Assembly: GCA_048013815.1 (NCBI GenBank)
Contig: CM106585.1
Location: forward strand, 2,914,001-2,978,000
DNA length: 64,000 nucleotides
From: Setoptus koraiensis
Taxonomy: Eukaryota > Animalia > Arthropoda
Direction: 5' to 3'
Under the pieces are notes generated by a model. The model did not search any database, was not told where the DNA came from, and saw only the letters and a program-made list of their open reading frames with translations. Shown here piece after piece: positions 13,254-25,575 of this stretch. Position numbers and translations under genes: made by a program. Position 1 is the stretch's first letter; every line of letters starts with the position of its first letter.

Positions 13254-15402
13254 TGGGTCTAAGCAACGGCGACTTGATGGCGAACACACAAAACAAAAAT
13301 GGTGGTGGTAGCCGTCCCATGGTCGCTGTCCATAGACCGTGCACTGCCACAGTGTGTGCTCTATGGTCTATGGCGGCGTGTGCTGCGGGACCATAGTGCA
13401 CCGAGCCGCAGACACGCACACGCGTGTTACGTAACCGGCGCTAGCTCGCCGCCACTAGCGACAGAAACATGAGAGATCCGTCGAGCTAACTAAAGCCAGC
13501 GGCCCACTCGGGCTAAACTATGCAAGCGCTTGTGTGTCGGCGCCATTACCATGCTGGCGTATATTATTCGCCCATTATCAGCCAGATTCGTTCCATGTGT
13601 GCGTTATGTGTCGCTGGCTGGCTGGCTGGCTGGATGCTCGCTTGCATCGCATGTCGTTGCCATCGAGTCGCCGCCACCGAGTCGCCGCCACCGAGTCGCT
13701 GCCATCGGGTCGCTGCCATTGGGTCGCTGCCGGGCTGCTGGCCGGCCCGCGCCAGGCGAGCCGACTAATCGAGCGGCCCATTGACTCGCCAACTACCCAC
13801 ACACAGGCGGCCCGGAGCACGAGCTACCTGGACACAGCCGCGACAACAAGGTACCCCGCGCGGCCCACAATCTGCTGTCAGTGACTGGCAGTAGATTATA
13901 ATTGAGCTAGCGAATGGGGGCACCTGAGCGGGCCGCGCCACAGTGCTTGCGCCGTCATTGTTAGATAACTATAGCAACTATACAATGTACTGCTGTTGCC
14001 GCTGTAGGCCAACTGTAACCGTGCCATTTGTTACCGGATCGATGCCACGAGCCGGCTGTGTGTGTGTGTGTGTGTGTCTGAGTCGGACTCTAACATGCCC
14101 ACAATTGATCTGTTCGATTTGAATCTTTAATCACGACTGATCTTATCTCGATCGGGCGCCCTTTATTTATAGTATTGGCCTATTTGCATATATTTTACAT
14201 ATTTTGCACGCTGCAAGCCGCTTGTGCAGCCACAAGATCGTTGTCGCTGTTTTTCAATTAGTCAGCGCTTTTTAGCTCGCCAGTCTGGCCCGTGAGTCAC
14301 TGCCGATATACTCATAACAAGTTGCATGTGTGTGCGCGCCAAACTTAATGCTGCTGCTGCTGCACCTGATGCCAGACGGTTGCCAGAGCGATATCACATG
14401 GGGCCCGGCCGCTGTTGTTGTCGCTGTTGTTGTCGCTGTTGTTGTTGCTGCTGTTGTCGTTGCTGTTGTTGTTGTTGGCCATTGTGAGGGCGCATATTGC
14501 TGGCTGTGCTTGTGTGTACAGACTCAAGACGACGGGTGTGTGTGTGTGTGTGTGTTGTCGTGTCTTTATGGCGACATTGACTGGCCATAAAACACACACA
14601 CGCACACACAAGAGTGCAACTAATAACGGTTTGCGGCCATCGAGCCAGCGAACATCGAGCCAGCGAACAAGCAACTAATCATCATTGAAGACAACAACAT
14701 GACACCCTTTGATGCAAGATAATCTTCATCGTTGACGCACAAACACGCGCTGCGCCAGCAAACGGGGCCACGCAACGCGCATGCACGCGCAAAGATGCGA
14801 GTTAGTTAGCTAGATTGAGTTAAACGTGAGCTCGCTTTCGCTGATGGCTCATTGGCCGGTGCGGCCGGCCACTGGTCAGCGCCAACAGGGCTAGCAAAGC
14901 CAGTGTCGTATGCACAATATGTTGTATATTGGCTGTTGGATCAAGTTATCGTTGCCAGCGTCGCCAGTGTTGCCGGTGTTGGCTTCACAAGCGGCGGCCC
15001 CCGGCAAGCGCAAACTTTTTACTTTTAGCGCCACTTGCTAATCGAGCCAGCAAGTGATCGATCTGCAGCGATCGGCGTGCTTGCTCGTTAGTCTTGGCCA
15101 GTTTGCGTAGCTGACCACACTCAATTGCGCCACCAGGCAAAGACATCGAGTTGGCTATTGTTACTGTCGTCGGCGCGCTGTTGTCGTCGGCCTGTTGTTG
15201 TCGTCGGCGTGCCAGCCACTCGATTGGGGCTGGCGAGTTAATTAATTAACTTTTTTTTTCAGGCACACGACGCACACGCACGACACACGCGCTGAGCCAA
15301 GCAATCACGATCAATGGCGAGATTGGTGTTAGAAGTAGCCAGCGGTCAGTGGTGGGTCTGACTCGAACAGCGACTCGCCGCCACGAGCTGGCCGAACCGT
15401 AG

Positions 15403-15472
15403 TGAGCCGGCCCGACCGTGTTGAGCCGGCCCGACCTTGTTGAGCCGGCCCGACTGCAGTGAGCCGGGCCGG
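15403..15472. repeat. Tandem repeat, 19 bp x about 3.7 (TGAGCCGGCCCGAC...)
   Basis: Units start at 15403, 15422, 15441 and 15460. Confidence 0.8.
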
Positions 15473-16031
15473 CATCAGCGGGGAGGGGGCAGCAAAAGGT
15501 GGACAATTAACAAGCGATAATAGCAGGTGTTGTATGGCCCCAGTTGCAGTATTCAAACGAGCGCCACCAAGACCAGACTTTGTGCGTGCGTGTGCGTGTG
15601 TGTGCGTGTGTGTGTGTGTGGCCATTATACAACAGACAGTCTGTGGTGCAGAGTTGATGTTGCAGAGTGTGTGCATTTGAGTCGCTGCGAGTCAAGTCGG
15701 TGGTTGAGCCAGCGAGACGCAGCGCGACAGAGCCAACTTGGAGCGCGAGCAAATTTCGAGAGCGACAGCGAATTTAGAGAGCGAATTTGGGGAGCGAATT
15801 TGGAGAGCGAATTCGCAGAGCGAGAGGCAGCGAATTTGGAGAGCGGCGGTCGCAATTTCAATAGTCGTCGAATAAAACTAAATATAAAAACACGGAGAGT
15901 GTCGAATATCGCTAGTGTCAAGGGTATTCTATATTTGTTGTCGGTTGTTGGGCATTTTGAGCGGCTGCGGCGGCGGCGCTACACGCACACTTGCGCCTGT
16001 ATTATGTGCTGCTGCAGTATTTATACTTGCA

Positions 16032-16062
<31 letters not shown>

Positions 16063-17411
16063 TGCGGTGCTGCTGCACCACTGTGCACCACCACGCTACA
16101 CAACGCGCACACAGTGAATGTGAATTACGTTGCATGTCGGTGGTTATTCAGTTAGTTCGCTCAGTTAGTCGTTGTCATGGGCGCCTCGCCTGAAGCCATC
16201 GCCATCGCCGCCGCCAACAGCCGCCGCACCACTACTGTTGTTAGCTGTAACTGGCCAACGCCGATTTGACGATTCGCTATTAATTGTTGTTATTATTTAC
16301 GACATGTACCATTTATTTATTCCTTTAAATTTCTGCTATTATTATATTAATTATTTATTTACTGCTCGCCAGCCGCACCGCTCACTGCTACTCATTGCTG
16401 CCTTGGTTAACATCGCCGGCCACAACTAACCCGCGACATCAAGATCAACAAGAGCAACAATTGAACAACAACAACAACAACAACAACCACCGCTACATGT
16501 ACGTGCAGTGCACACTTTATTCACACACCAAAACCAGCAAAATCACTACAGCCAATAAGCATCAACACGATGAGGCCTCCTGTTAACTGATTCGATCATT
16601 ATTATTATTGCATTATTTTGTTGTTTTGTTTTAAACCGCATACTGCACGGCATCACCACACATCATCATCAAACGGCAACACAGCAACAATCTACCCAAT
16701 GGTTACCTCACAATAAACACGAGCCTTGCAACAGCGGCTCACCAATCCACTGCTATCGTCGTTGTTTTGATACACGATTTACATTGATATCGCCATCATC
16801 GTAATCATTGTCATCATCATCATCGCCATCGTTCCTCACAAATCGTTCCTCACGAATCGTTCCTCACAAATCGCCCCGCTGCTAATCGCATCCATGCTGC
16901 ATCGCATCATACACGATATCGTATAATGCTGCTAATTGCCCCTGTAAATTAAATCATTTCATCACTCGAGCACCCACCAAAACATCACATTGTTGTACCA
17001 ATACCAATAACTGTGCGTTCATTGCAGCCACCGCCGCTCTCTCGAATCACAACAACAACAACAACACTCACAAGCTACTCAGGTAGGGCGTGCCGTGCAG
17101 GTGAAGTGACGAACAAGTTGCTGCAGTAACCACCACAGTCGCAAGCAAACAGCAACAGTGGCACCGCTACAGTGTGTTCTCTTCTTTTAAGCAGCAAGCA
17201 TCCAATCGAAAGACAACTTACTGGCACTATCCATCTGGCTGCAACTTTAGCCATACTATTGGCCATAGTATTTGCTAATATTGCCACTGTTACCACTGCT
17301 ATTCAATTTTAACATCATCAGTTCTGATATTATCATCTTTATTATTATTATCATTATTATTAGCATCATCATCATTATCATTATCATTAGCGACAAAATC
17401 ACCGTATCACC

Positions 17412-20400
17412 ATGGACTTGCACCATTTTAACACACACAATTCAAGCCTATCGCGACTCAGGGGCACCATAGACGATGACACGGGCAGCTATCAATTGGC
17501 TGTCTCTCCAGAAGTGCCAGATGATGGCCTAACAGTTGACGGAAAACCACGTGCAATGAGGCTAACATCATCAATGGAACAATCATCTCATATTAATCAT
17601 AATGATAAATTACGTCACTATCATAATAGTAATCATAATAACCATAATCATAAAACTAAAAGAAATAGACATACTATTGAAGAATTAAAAAAAGAAGTTA
17701 CCTCCGATTTACACAAGATACCATTAGCTCAACTAGTTGATCAGCTACAAACTGATCTAGAGAATGGACTAACGCCGGAACAGGCCAACGAAATCTGGCT
17801 TAGGGACGGACCAAATCATCTAACTGATGTTAGAAGTACACCGGAATGGGTTAAATTCTGTAGAAATCTATTTGGAGGCTTTGCTGCACTTTTATGGATT
17901 GGGGCGGCACTGTGTTTCTTTGCCTTCTCTATTCAAGTTACAACATTTGAATATGCCTCACCAGATAACTTATACTTGGGTATTGTGCTATTATTTGTTG
18001 TTGTTGTCACTGGTCTATTTTCATATTATCAAGAAGCCAAAAGTTGTCAAATTATGGAATCATTTAAAAATTTAGTACCCCAATATGCTACAGTTGTCAG
18101 AGGTGGCATTAAAAAGAAGATACCTGTAGAGGACGTTGTTATGGGAGATTTAGTTGAAGTTAGTTACGGCGATAGAATACCAGCTGATTTTAGAATAACG
18201 CGAGCCTTACAATTTAAAGTAGACAATTCATCGCTCACGGGAGAATCGGAACCTCAGACCCGCATAACTGAGTCAACAAACGACAATCCTCTCGAAACAA
18301 AAAATCTCGCCTTCATGTCAACTAATTGTGTCGAAGGCAAAGGCATGGGAATAGTTGTAGCAACTGGCGATGATTCTGTTATGGGCCGAATAGCAGGACT
18401 TGCTGCCGGCATACAAGGCGGCGAGACACCAATGGCTCGAGAGATAGAACATTTTATTCACGTTATAACATCTGTTGCCGTTGTCACAGGTGTGGTATTT
18501 TTCTTTTTATCATTCTCTTTAGGTTACCATTGGGTCGACTCGGCTGTGTTCCTAATTGGTATTATAGTGGCTAATGTTCCAGAAGGTCTTCTAGCTACAG
18601 TTTGCGTTGCGCTAACACTGACAGCTAAGAGAATGGCAAAGAAAAATTGCCTAGTGAAGAATCTGGAGGCTGTGGAAACACTTGGATCTACATCTACAAT
18701 TTGCTCAGATAAGACAGGAACATTGACACAAAATCGTATGACAGTTTCTCATCTTTGGTTTGATAATCAGATCGTGGACGCAGAGACAGCAACATCGGCA
18801 GTGATGCCATCAACAACTGACGAAACCGAACGTCAGATGATGCTTGGCGGCGGCGACATCGGGGCATCTGGCGGATCATATGAGGACACTTTTGGCAGTA
18901 TGACATTCGACAAATCATCCATTGGTTGGAAGAATCTGTCGAGATGTGCCTGTCTGTGTAGTAGATCTGATTTCGTTGGAGACCAATTACATTTACCTAT
19001 ACTTAAGAGGGCGTGCAATAGTGATGCATCTGAGGCAGCTATTTTAAAATGTATGGAAATCAATGTGGGGAATGTTATGAAATACAGAAAAAATTATCCC
19101 AAGGTAGCAGAGTTGGCCTTCAATTCTACAAACAAATTTCATGTCACAATACACGAACTACCCAAAAAGAATAACGATGATCCAATGAATAATTTCGACA
19201 CAGAGGATGCCGATTATTTGTTGTGCATGAAAGGTGCACCCGAAAGAGTTTTCAATATGTGCGGAACAATTGTCATCAACGGCAAAGAGAAAGTTTTAGA
19301 TCACAATTGGAAAAAATTATTTGATAATGCCTATGATGAACTAGGTGGAATGGGTGAGCGCGTCATTGGGTTCTGTGACCTATTGCTACCTAAGAGCAAA
19401 TATCCCAAAGGATTCGCCTTCGATAGTGAACGTGTCAACTTCCCCTTAGAGAATTTGCGATTTTTAGGATTAATGTCAATGATCGACCCTCCAAGAGCTG
19501 CCGTCCCAGATGCTGTGCTCAAATGCCGTAGTGCAGGTATAAAAATAATTATGATCACAGGTGATCATCCTATAACAGCAAAAGCAATAGCACGTTCCGT
19601 GGGAATTATTTCCGAATCATCCGAAACTGTAGAAGAGATCGCTCTTCGTTTGGATATACCAGTTGAACAAGTAGACAAGAGACAGGCCAAAGCTGTCGTA
19701 GTGCACGGACAACAACTCCCCGGCATGAATAATGACGAGCTTGACGAAGTTTTAGCTACACATGACGAAATAGTATTTGCTCGCACTTCACCCCAACAAA
19801 AACTAATCATTGTGGAGGGATGTCAGCGCTTGGGTGCTATTGTGGCAGTCACAGGAGATGGTGTAAATGACTCGCCGGCATTAAAAAAGGCTGACATAGG
19901 TATATCGATGGGAATTACTGGCAGTGACGTCACCAAACAGGCTGCCGATATGATTTTATTAGATGATAACTTTGCTTCAATTGTTACAGGCGTTGAAGAG
20001 GGACGACTTATTTTTGACAATTTAAAAAAATCCATCGCCTATACATTAGCAAGTAATGTACCAGAACTAGCACCATTCCTTATGTTTATAACATTTGGTA
20101 TACCGCATGCACTAGGCACAGTCACTATATTGTGTATTGATTTGGGCACCGACGTATTACCTGCTATATCACTGGCCTACGAAAAAGCCGAGAGTGACAT
20201 TATGAAGCGACGACCACGTAATACACTCGAGGATCGACTAGTTAATAGCAGATTAATATCCATGTCTTATTGGCAGGTTGGGGTATTTCAGGCATCAGCA
20301 GGATTTTTTGTCTATGCTGTTATAATGATTGAGAATGGTTTTTGGATTTCTAGACTCCTCAATATTCGATTATTTTGGGAATCGAAAGCAATCAATGATC

Positions 20401-20981
20401 TAGAGGACAGCTATGGCCAAGAATGGACTTACAACGAACGTAAAGTACTAGAATTTACATGCCATACAGCATTCTTTGTCACTATTGTTGTTGTTCAGTG
20501 GTTTGTTCTACTTGTATGCAAAACTCGACGAAATAGTTTGTTTCAGCAGGGAATAGAGTAAGTAAATGGGTAGTTTACTTTGAGCAGTACAGAAATTCAC
20601 AGGATCATCATTAACCTAGCTATCTGTTTTTCTTTACAACTAAATCTTGATTGATAACAGCAATCATGTTTTGAACTTCGGAATATTTTTCGAAACAGCA
20701 CTAGCTGCTTTCTTGTCCTACACACCAGGAACAGAGACAGCATTGCGGATGTATCCACTAAGGTAAATTTGAGTAATCACCATTGCGCTAAATAAGATCT
20801 ACATATCTCTCTAAAACCTGAACTTATCTCTAAGCTAATTTTGTTTTCTTGTTTCGATAGATTGGAGTGGTGGTTATGGCCTATACCCTTCGGAATCATA
20901 GTATTTATCTATGACGAAGTTAGAAAATTCATACTCCGGCGTAACCCTAAAGGATGGGTGGAACGAGAGACCTATTATTGA
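17412..20981 (+). CDS. Atpalpha: Na+/K+-transporting P2C ATPase alpha subunit (divergent), about 1122 aa; exons 17412-20557, 20661-20762, 20861-20981
   Basis: Motifs [50 protein letters not shown] and ILCIDLGTD. Two phase-2 GT-AG introns restore ...[28 protein letters not shown]...MYPLR LEWW...GWVERETYY*, the canonical Na/K-pump C-terminus. Confidence 0.97.
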
Positions 20982-22644
20982 TAATGTTCTCAAGTCTACT
21001 ATCACTTCTCACAATCATTATGGTAGATGGAGCATTTATTCATTCAAATATAGGTGAATCTACATTGTAACTCTAGGAAAGAAACAATGAAATTAACTGG
21101 GTTTAAATTTTTTCCAACCAGTGATCTATGAATCCTCGCTGCCTTATTATTGTTAACGTACTTCTGAGGACTTTTGGACTATATCATCACTAGCTTCAAT
21201 CTAGATTGATTTAATTTTTCCTTGAACGACGACCCTGTATCCGACTTTTGTCCGAGCTTGTACCTAAGATGTACTCGGTCGAATCATGAAACCATCGCCA
21301 GCCGTTAACTTACAACGTAAATATTAGGGCTGTCTACACACGATAACGAATACGATGTAAGACCACCGAAGAAAACAGGTGAAATTCCTTTGAAAACTAC
21401 AACTTGGACTGAATTATTATTTATCAAAAATGATAGTGATCACGCGAGAAGCTTACCTAGTGAGTGAGCTGCCTAGTGCAATACATGATCATACAGCCGA
21501 ATAGATAACAAATTATAAATTAAAATTATGTGATTCGACAGACTTAAAATTATCTTCAACAATGCTGGACAACAAGCTTAGTTTCGCACAATTGTTCGCG
21601 TCATCTATTCCTATGAACTACTAACTACAGAACACACCCACGAACTTAGGCAGCCATTTATAGATTCCTCAAGACGCTATATTCCTACAGTATTTTAAGA
21701 AGGAAAACCAGTGAAAATGGGCATAAACAAGATAGCCCAAAAGAATGATGCAAGCCATAGATCAACTTAAACATAATCAGATAGAAAATCTATTTCAAAA
21801 CTTTGAAATTATGAGAAACATGTACACTGCCAATCAAATATGTTTTAACTCTGGCATAACATGACAAAGTGGATCAACAATAAACTTGCTCTATAAGAGC
21901 TTTTCATCAATTTAATAGATTCTATTCTTCTTGTTATGCGAAACTTTCATGTTTTACTTCAGTAAATGCGTGATCAGTAGAAAAATTTGATACAACTGTT
22001 TCATGTGACGCATGATGTGAATGAAGTTCCTCGTATCAATCTTGATAAATTATTATCCAAAATCCGCTTCGCTTGAATTAGCATGTTAGCTTCTGAGCGT
22101 AAAAACGGCATAAGGATCTCTTTCACTTTGATAATATATTCTACACCGAATTCGATCTAACATTTTTTTATTGCTAAATTGTAAATTCCAAGTTAACCGC
22201 GAAGACAGTCATGCTTGATGATTCTTTAATCGTCAGCTTTCCATTGTTCATTCATCGAGTTGAAATATGTATTATGATGATAGTCTCACCATCTTGTATC
22301 GATGGTAGAATATACTCCCATGTGTCTTTTTTAGTCGTTGATTTGTTTTTATTGAGGCTGCACCAGAAAGAGATGAGACCTCTGGTTGAATGAATATTTA
22401 TTTTATTCGAGCTGCCTCATTTTTAGTCGTGTGACCAGTTATTAAGTTTTTTTTTCCGGGCCGACTTTTATACTTCCGCACATTGCAAGCTTCTACTGCA
22501 ACTTTCCATCATTCATAGTGTACCACGACCGTTGGTGGGGTCTAGTCATTGATCACAATCTAATCGAATCTAGGATAATTCACTCTCAATCATTAGAATC
22601 ATTATAATCTGATCAATCAGAGACAACTGTGTTTAAACTATGGT

Positions 22645-24310
22645 ATGATCAACATAATGAGAATGAGTTGTGAAAGACAAAGACTAGACGAAAAGTCAAC
22701 AAACGTGGACAGTGATGGTGAGTTAGAATTACTAGTCAGGAAAACTATAGCCACTATTGATTGGGACTATGTCATAAATCGTGATGCAACGATTAAACGT
22801 CTAGACAAGTGTCATAATAAGCCGTCAACACTTAATAAAAAGTGTCAGCCGAAGAGGCCAATGAATCCTTTCATGGTAAGTTCAAATCAGACTAAACTGA
22901 TTGATTTGCCAATAAACCATTTACGCATTACATAACATGTAAACTAATGCTTCTCATAAAATTAGTTGTGGACTCAAGCCATACGAAGGAAGCTATCGGA
23001 GCAGTATTCGAACATTCGTAATGCTCAACTAAGTAAAACACTCGGACGTATGTGGAGGTGAGCGACAATTAAAGAGATAAACAGTGATGGGGTACATCAA
23101 CTAATGAGATAGAGATATTTAAGTCTGATCAAGTTTCCATTGCGATCTTTTAACATGATCGCAAAATCACTTGACAAGACATCCGAAAGGGTGTCTAATA
23201 ACTGATCTAATTGCTTTCTTGCCCCAATTTGAGCACGTGTACGTTTTAACGTGTGAGCTATATATAGCTAGCATAATCTTTTTTCTTTCTATCTAATCTC
23301 TTTAAACCAATAACCAACAATCCACCTAGTAATATGGATTATGAACTCAGAAGGCCTTATCTGGAGGAGGCTGAAAGGATCAGAGTTATACACAAGATTA
23401 ACTATCCGAAATACAGAGTAAGCTGAATATATGATATATGTACCTTTGAGTTGTGTTCTCAAACTCAAGCTGCACCTCTAAGACTTGTATTTTGTTCGTT
23501 ATAGCAATGCACTATCGGATGTCTTTGCAATTTATTTGAATAAATCTTTGATCTGTTTCTCTTAAAATTTACACTAACCTTTTTGGGGTTAAATTTAAAC
23601 AGTATCAACCAAGGAGGCGGGCTAAAAGGGCTGAGGCCAAACCAAAACGCTTTTCAGGTATTAACAATCATGAAATTCGTTTTGAGTGCAACAAGGGCAT
23701 GGAGCAAAGTCACGACAATGAGCCTATGTCTGGCCATTCGGAGGGCAGAGATAGTCAGCTACCAGATTATCGAATGAGAATGCATGTCAACTACATGAAG
23801 GCAAATCCGGATAGTATTGTCGTCCATGAGTCCGCCTGGATAACCGATGGGAGCGACAGTGATGTAGTTCATTGTTATCCAGAGAACATCTCTCATTTTG
23901 AGGATCGAATCGAACTTGGGTGTGTAGTAAGTGGACAAAGAGAGCATCAGAATATCCCCATATCCTGCTTCGGTGGTTTTGGATGGGATTCACAACGGTC
24001 GGAAACAAATTACCATGGAGAACACCAAAATAATAATACAATGATCAAACAATGCAGATGCACCTCAGAGAATCCGGTACAATCGAATATCGATTCATTA
24101 GTTTACTCATATCAAAGTAACGAAAGCGATTACCATAATAGGCCAACGTCCGGTACCATCCAAAAATATATCAACAACCAAAACAACGTCCTTATGATGC
24201 AGACACCAAACGCTAGCGAGCTTTGTAATGGAGAGTATCACGACCAGATTATGGACGATTATCAACAACTGGCCCAGATCAATTCATCTCGTCCGATGAC
24301 AAATCATTAA
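22645..24310 (+). CDS. SoxE: Sox HMG-box transcription factor, most like SoxE; exons 22645-22875, 22966-23057, 23330-23417, 23603-24310
   Basis: GT-AG splicing assembles KRPMNPFM|[31 protein letters not shown]|[29 protein letters not shown]|YQPRRRAK. Upstream [14 protein letters not shown] resembles the SoxE dimerisation segment (..VLKGYDWTLV). The exact start ATG and the subgroup are uncertain. Confidence 0.85.
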
Positions 24311-24344
24311 ATATTGTAATTGATTGATTTTATTTATAGTATTC

Positions 24345-25575
24345 TTAAGACAGCTTAATTCGTTTCCTACTTGGTCCTAGAGGTGGAATTTGATTAGCTA
24401 ATGCTTTGAAAGCATCAGCAAGTAGATGAGACTGATGTTTTACCATAGAGTTCCATGCATCGGTCTCTACAACTTCTGACGCATGACTAAAGTCGAGTGA
24501 AGGGGTAAAAAAGAGAAAAATGGTTAGCTATGGAAAATTATAATCAAGAACAAGACATGGTGACAATTTTGGATAGTAGTACTTACTTGTTGATATATTC
24601 GATGGTATAAGCTTTAAGTTGATTGGCATTGTACATGTCAGCTAACATCAACACGCTGGCAGCTGATTCGATCGATAAATCTGAACATAAAGCTTCTTCA
24701 CACATTACTTTGAGTCTATCTAGTTGGTATTTGTTAGCTGCAGATATGAGATCCTCAGCCATTTTATCCAGATTAGGAGATTTTCCAGTATAAATAAACC
24801 TGAGCATCTCCTCGAGTACATCTGGATCTATATCGGTGACCTCAACGCGGTTTTGTTTAGTTTCTCTCATATCATGACTGAACATCCCTTTGAACATCGG
24901 AGACCTGGCGGCCAATATGGCTTTGTGTGCGTGAAATTCCTTTCCTTTGGCGCTGATAATTACATCGCTGAAATCTTGGTTTTCAAATATAGATGATAAA
25001 TCTGCAGATAATCTGCACTCAGGAACTTTGAATTGAATCGTATTATTTTGTCCGCAAACATTGATTGAATCGGCAACAACATTAACTTCGCAGTATATTG
25101 TCAATTTATCGTCTGGTAGAAGGCCGTTAGACTCATCTAATAGAAAGTCCCTTTTAACAAATTTTTTGAATCCCCAATCTTTTCCTTGGATAAACTTGTA
25201 GGCCCGTTGACTTTCCATGATTTTAACTTCTTCGCGTTTGGCGTTTAATATAGAGAATTTAAATTTTGCCCTAACTTCACTTTTATTGCATGATGCTAAT
25301 AATAGATATAATGATAAATAATCTTTACTTTCTTCATCCAAGCCTTTTGGATTGATGCGCAGGCACCACTTAAGTTTGTCATTGGCCCCAGCAGAGAATG
25401 TTGAACTTTTGAGCATCTCTCCTATTTCCTCTCTACAAAAACTAAAGTTGTTTATTGTCCACATATAGCTAAATTTGATAACTTTGACTTGTGTAAAGCA
25501 CCAGCTTTCCGCATTAGGTGAATTGACCTCATTGACCACAGGCGGCGGAGATGATGGTGGCATAATAGTGGCCAT
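24345..25575 (-). CDS. SPOP: Speckle-type POZ protein (MATH-BTB; roadkill orthologue); exons 25575-24587 and 24486-24345
   Basis: [33 protein letters not shown] start, WGFKKF, and [17 protein letters not shown] phase-2 intron adds [46 protein letters not shown] with the basic NLS. Confidence 0.97.

Noticed and set aside
12739-13419. 226-aa minus-strand ORF and its overlapping ORFs
   Set aside because: Built on (CA)n and 16-bp repeats, open in several frames and with no motifs; spurious.
16148-16166. Two TCAGTT initiator-like motifs upstream of the pump
   Set aside because: 6-mers with no matching DPE or TATA box; insufficient to call a promoter.
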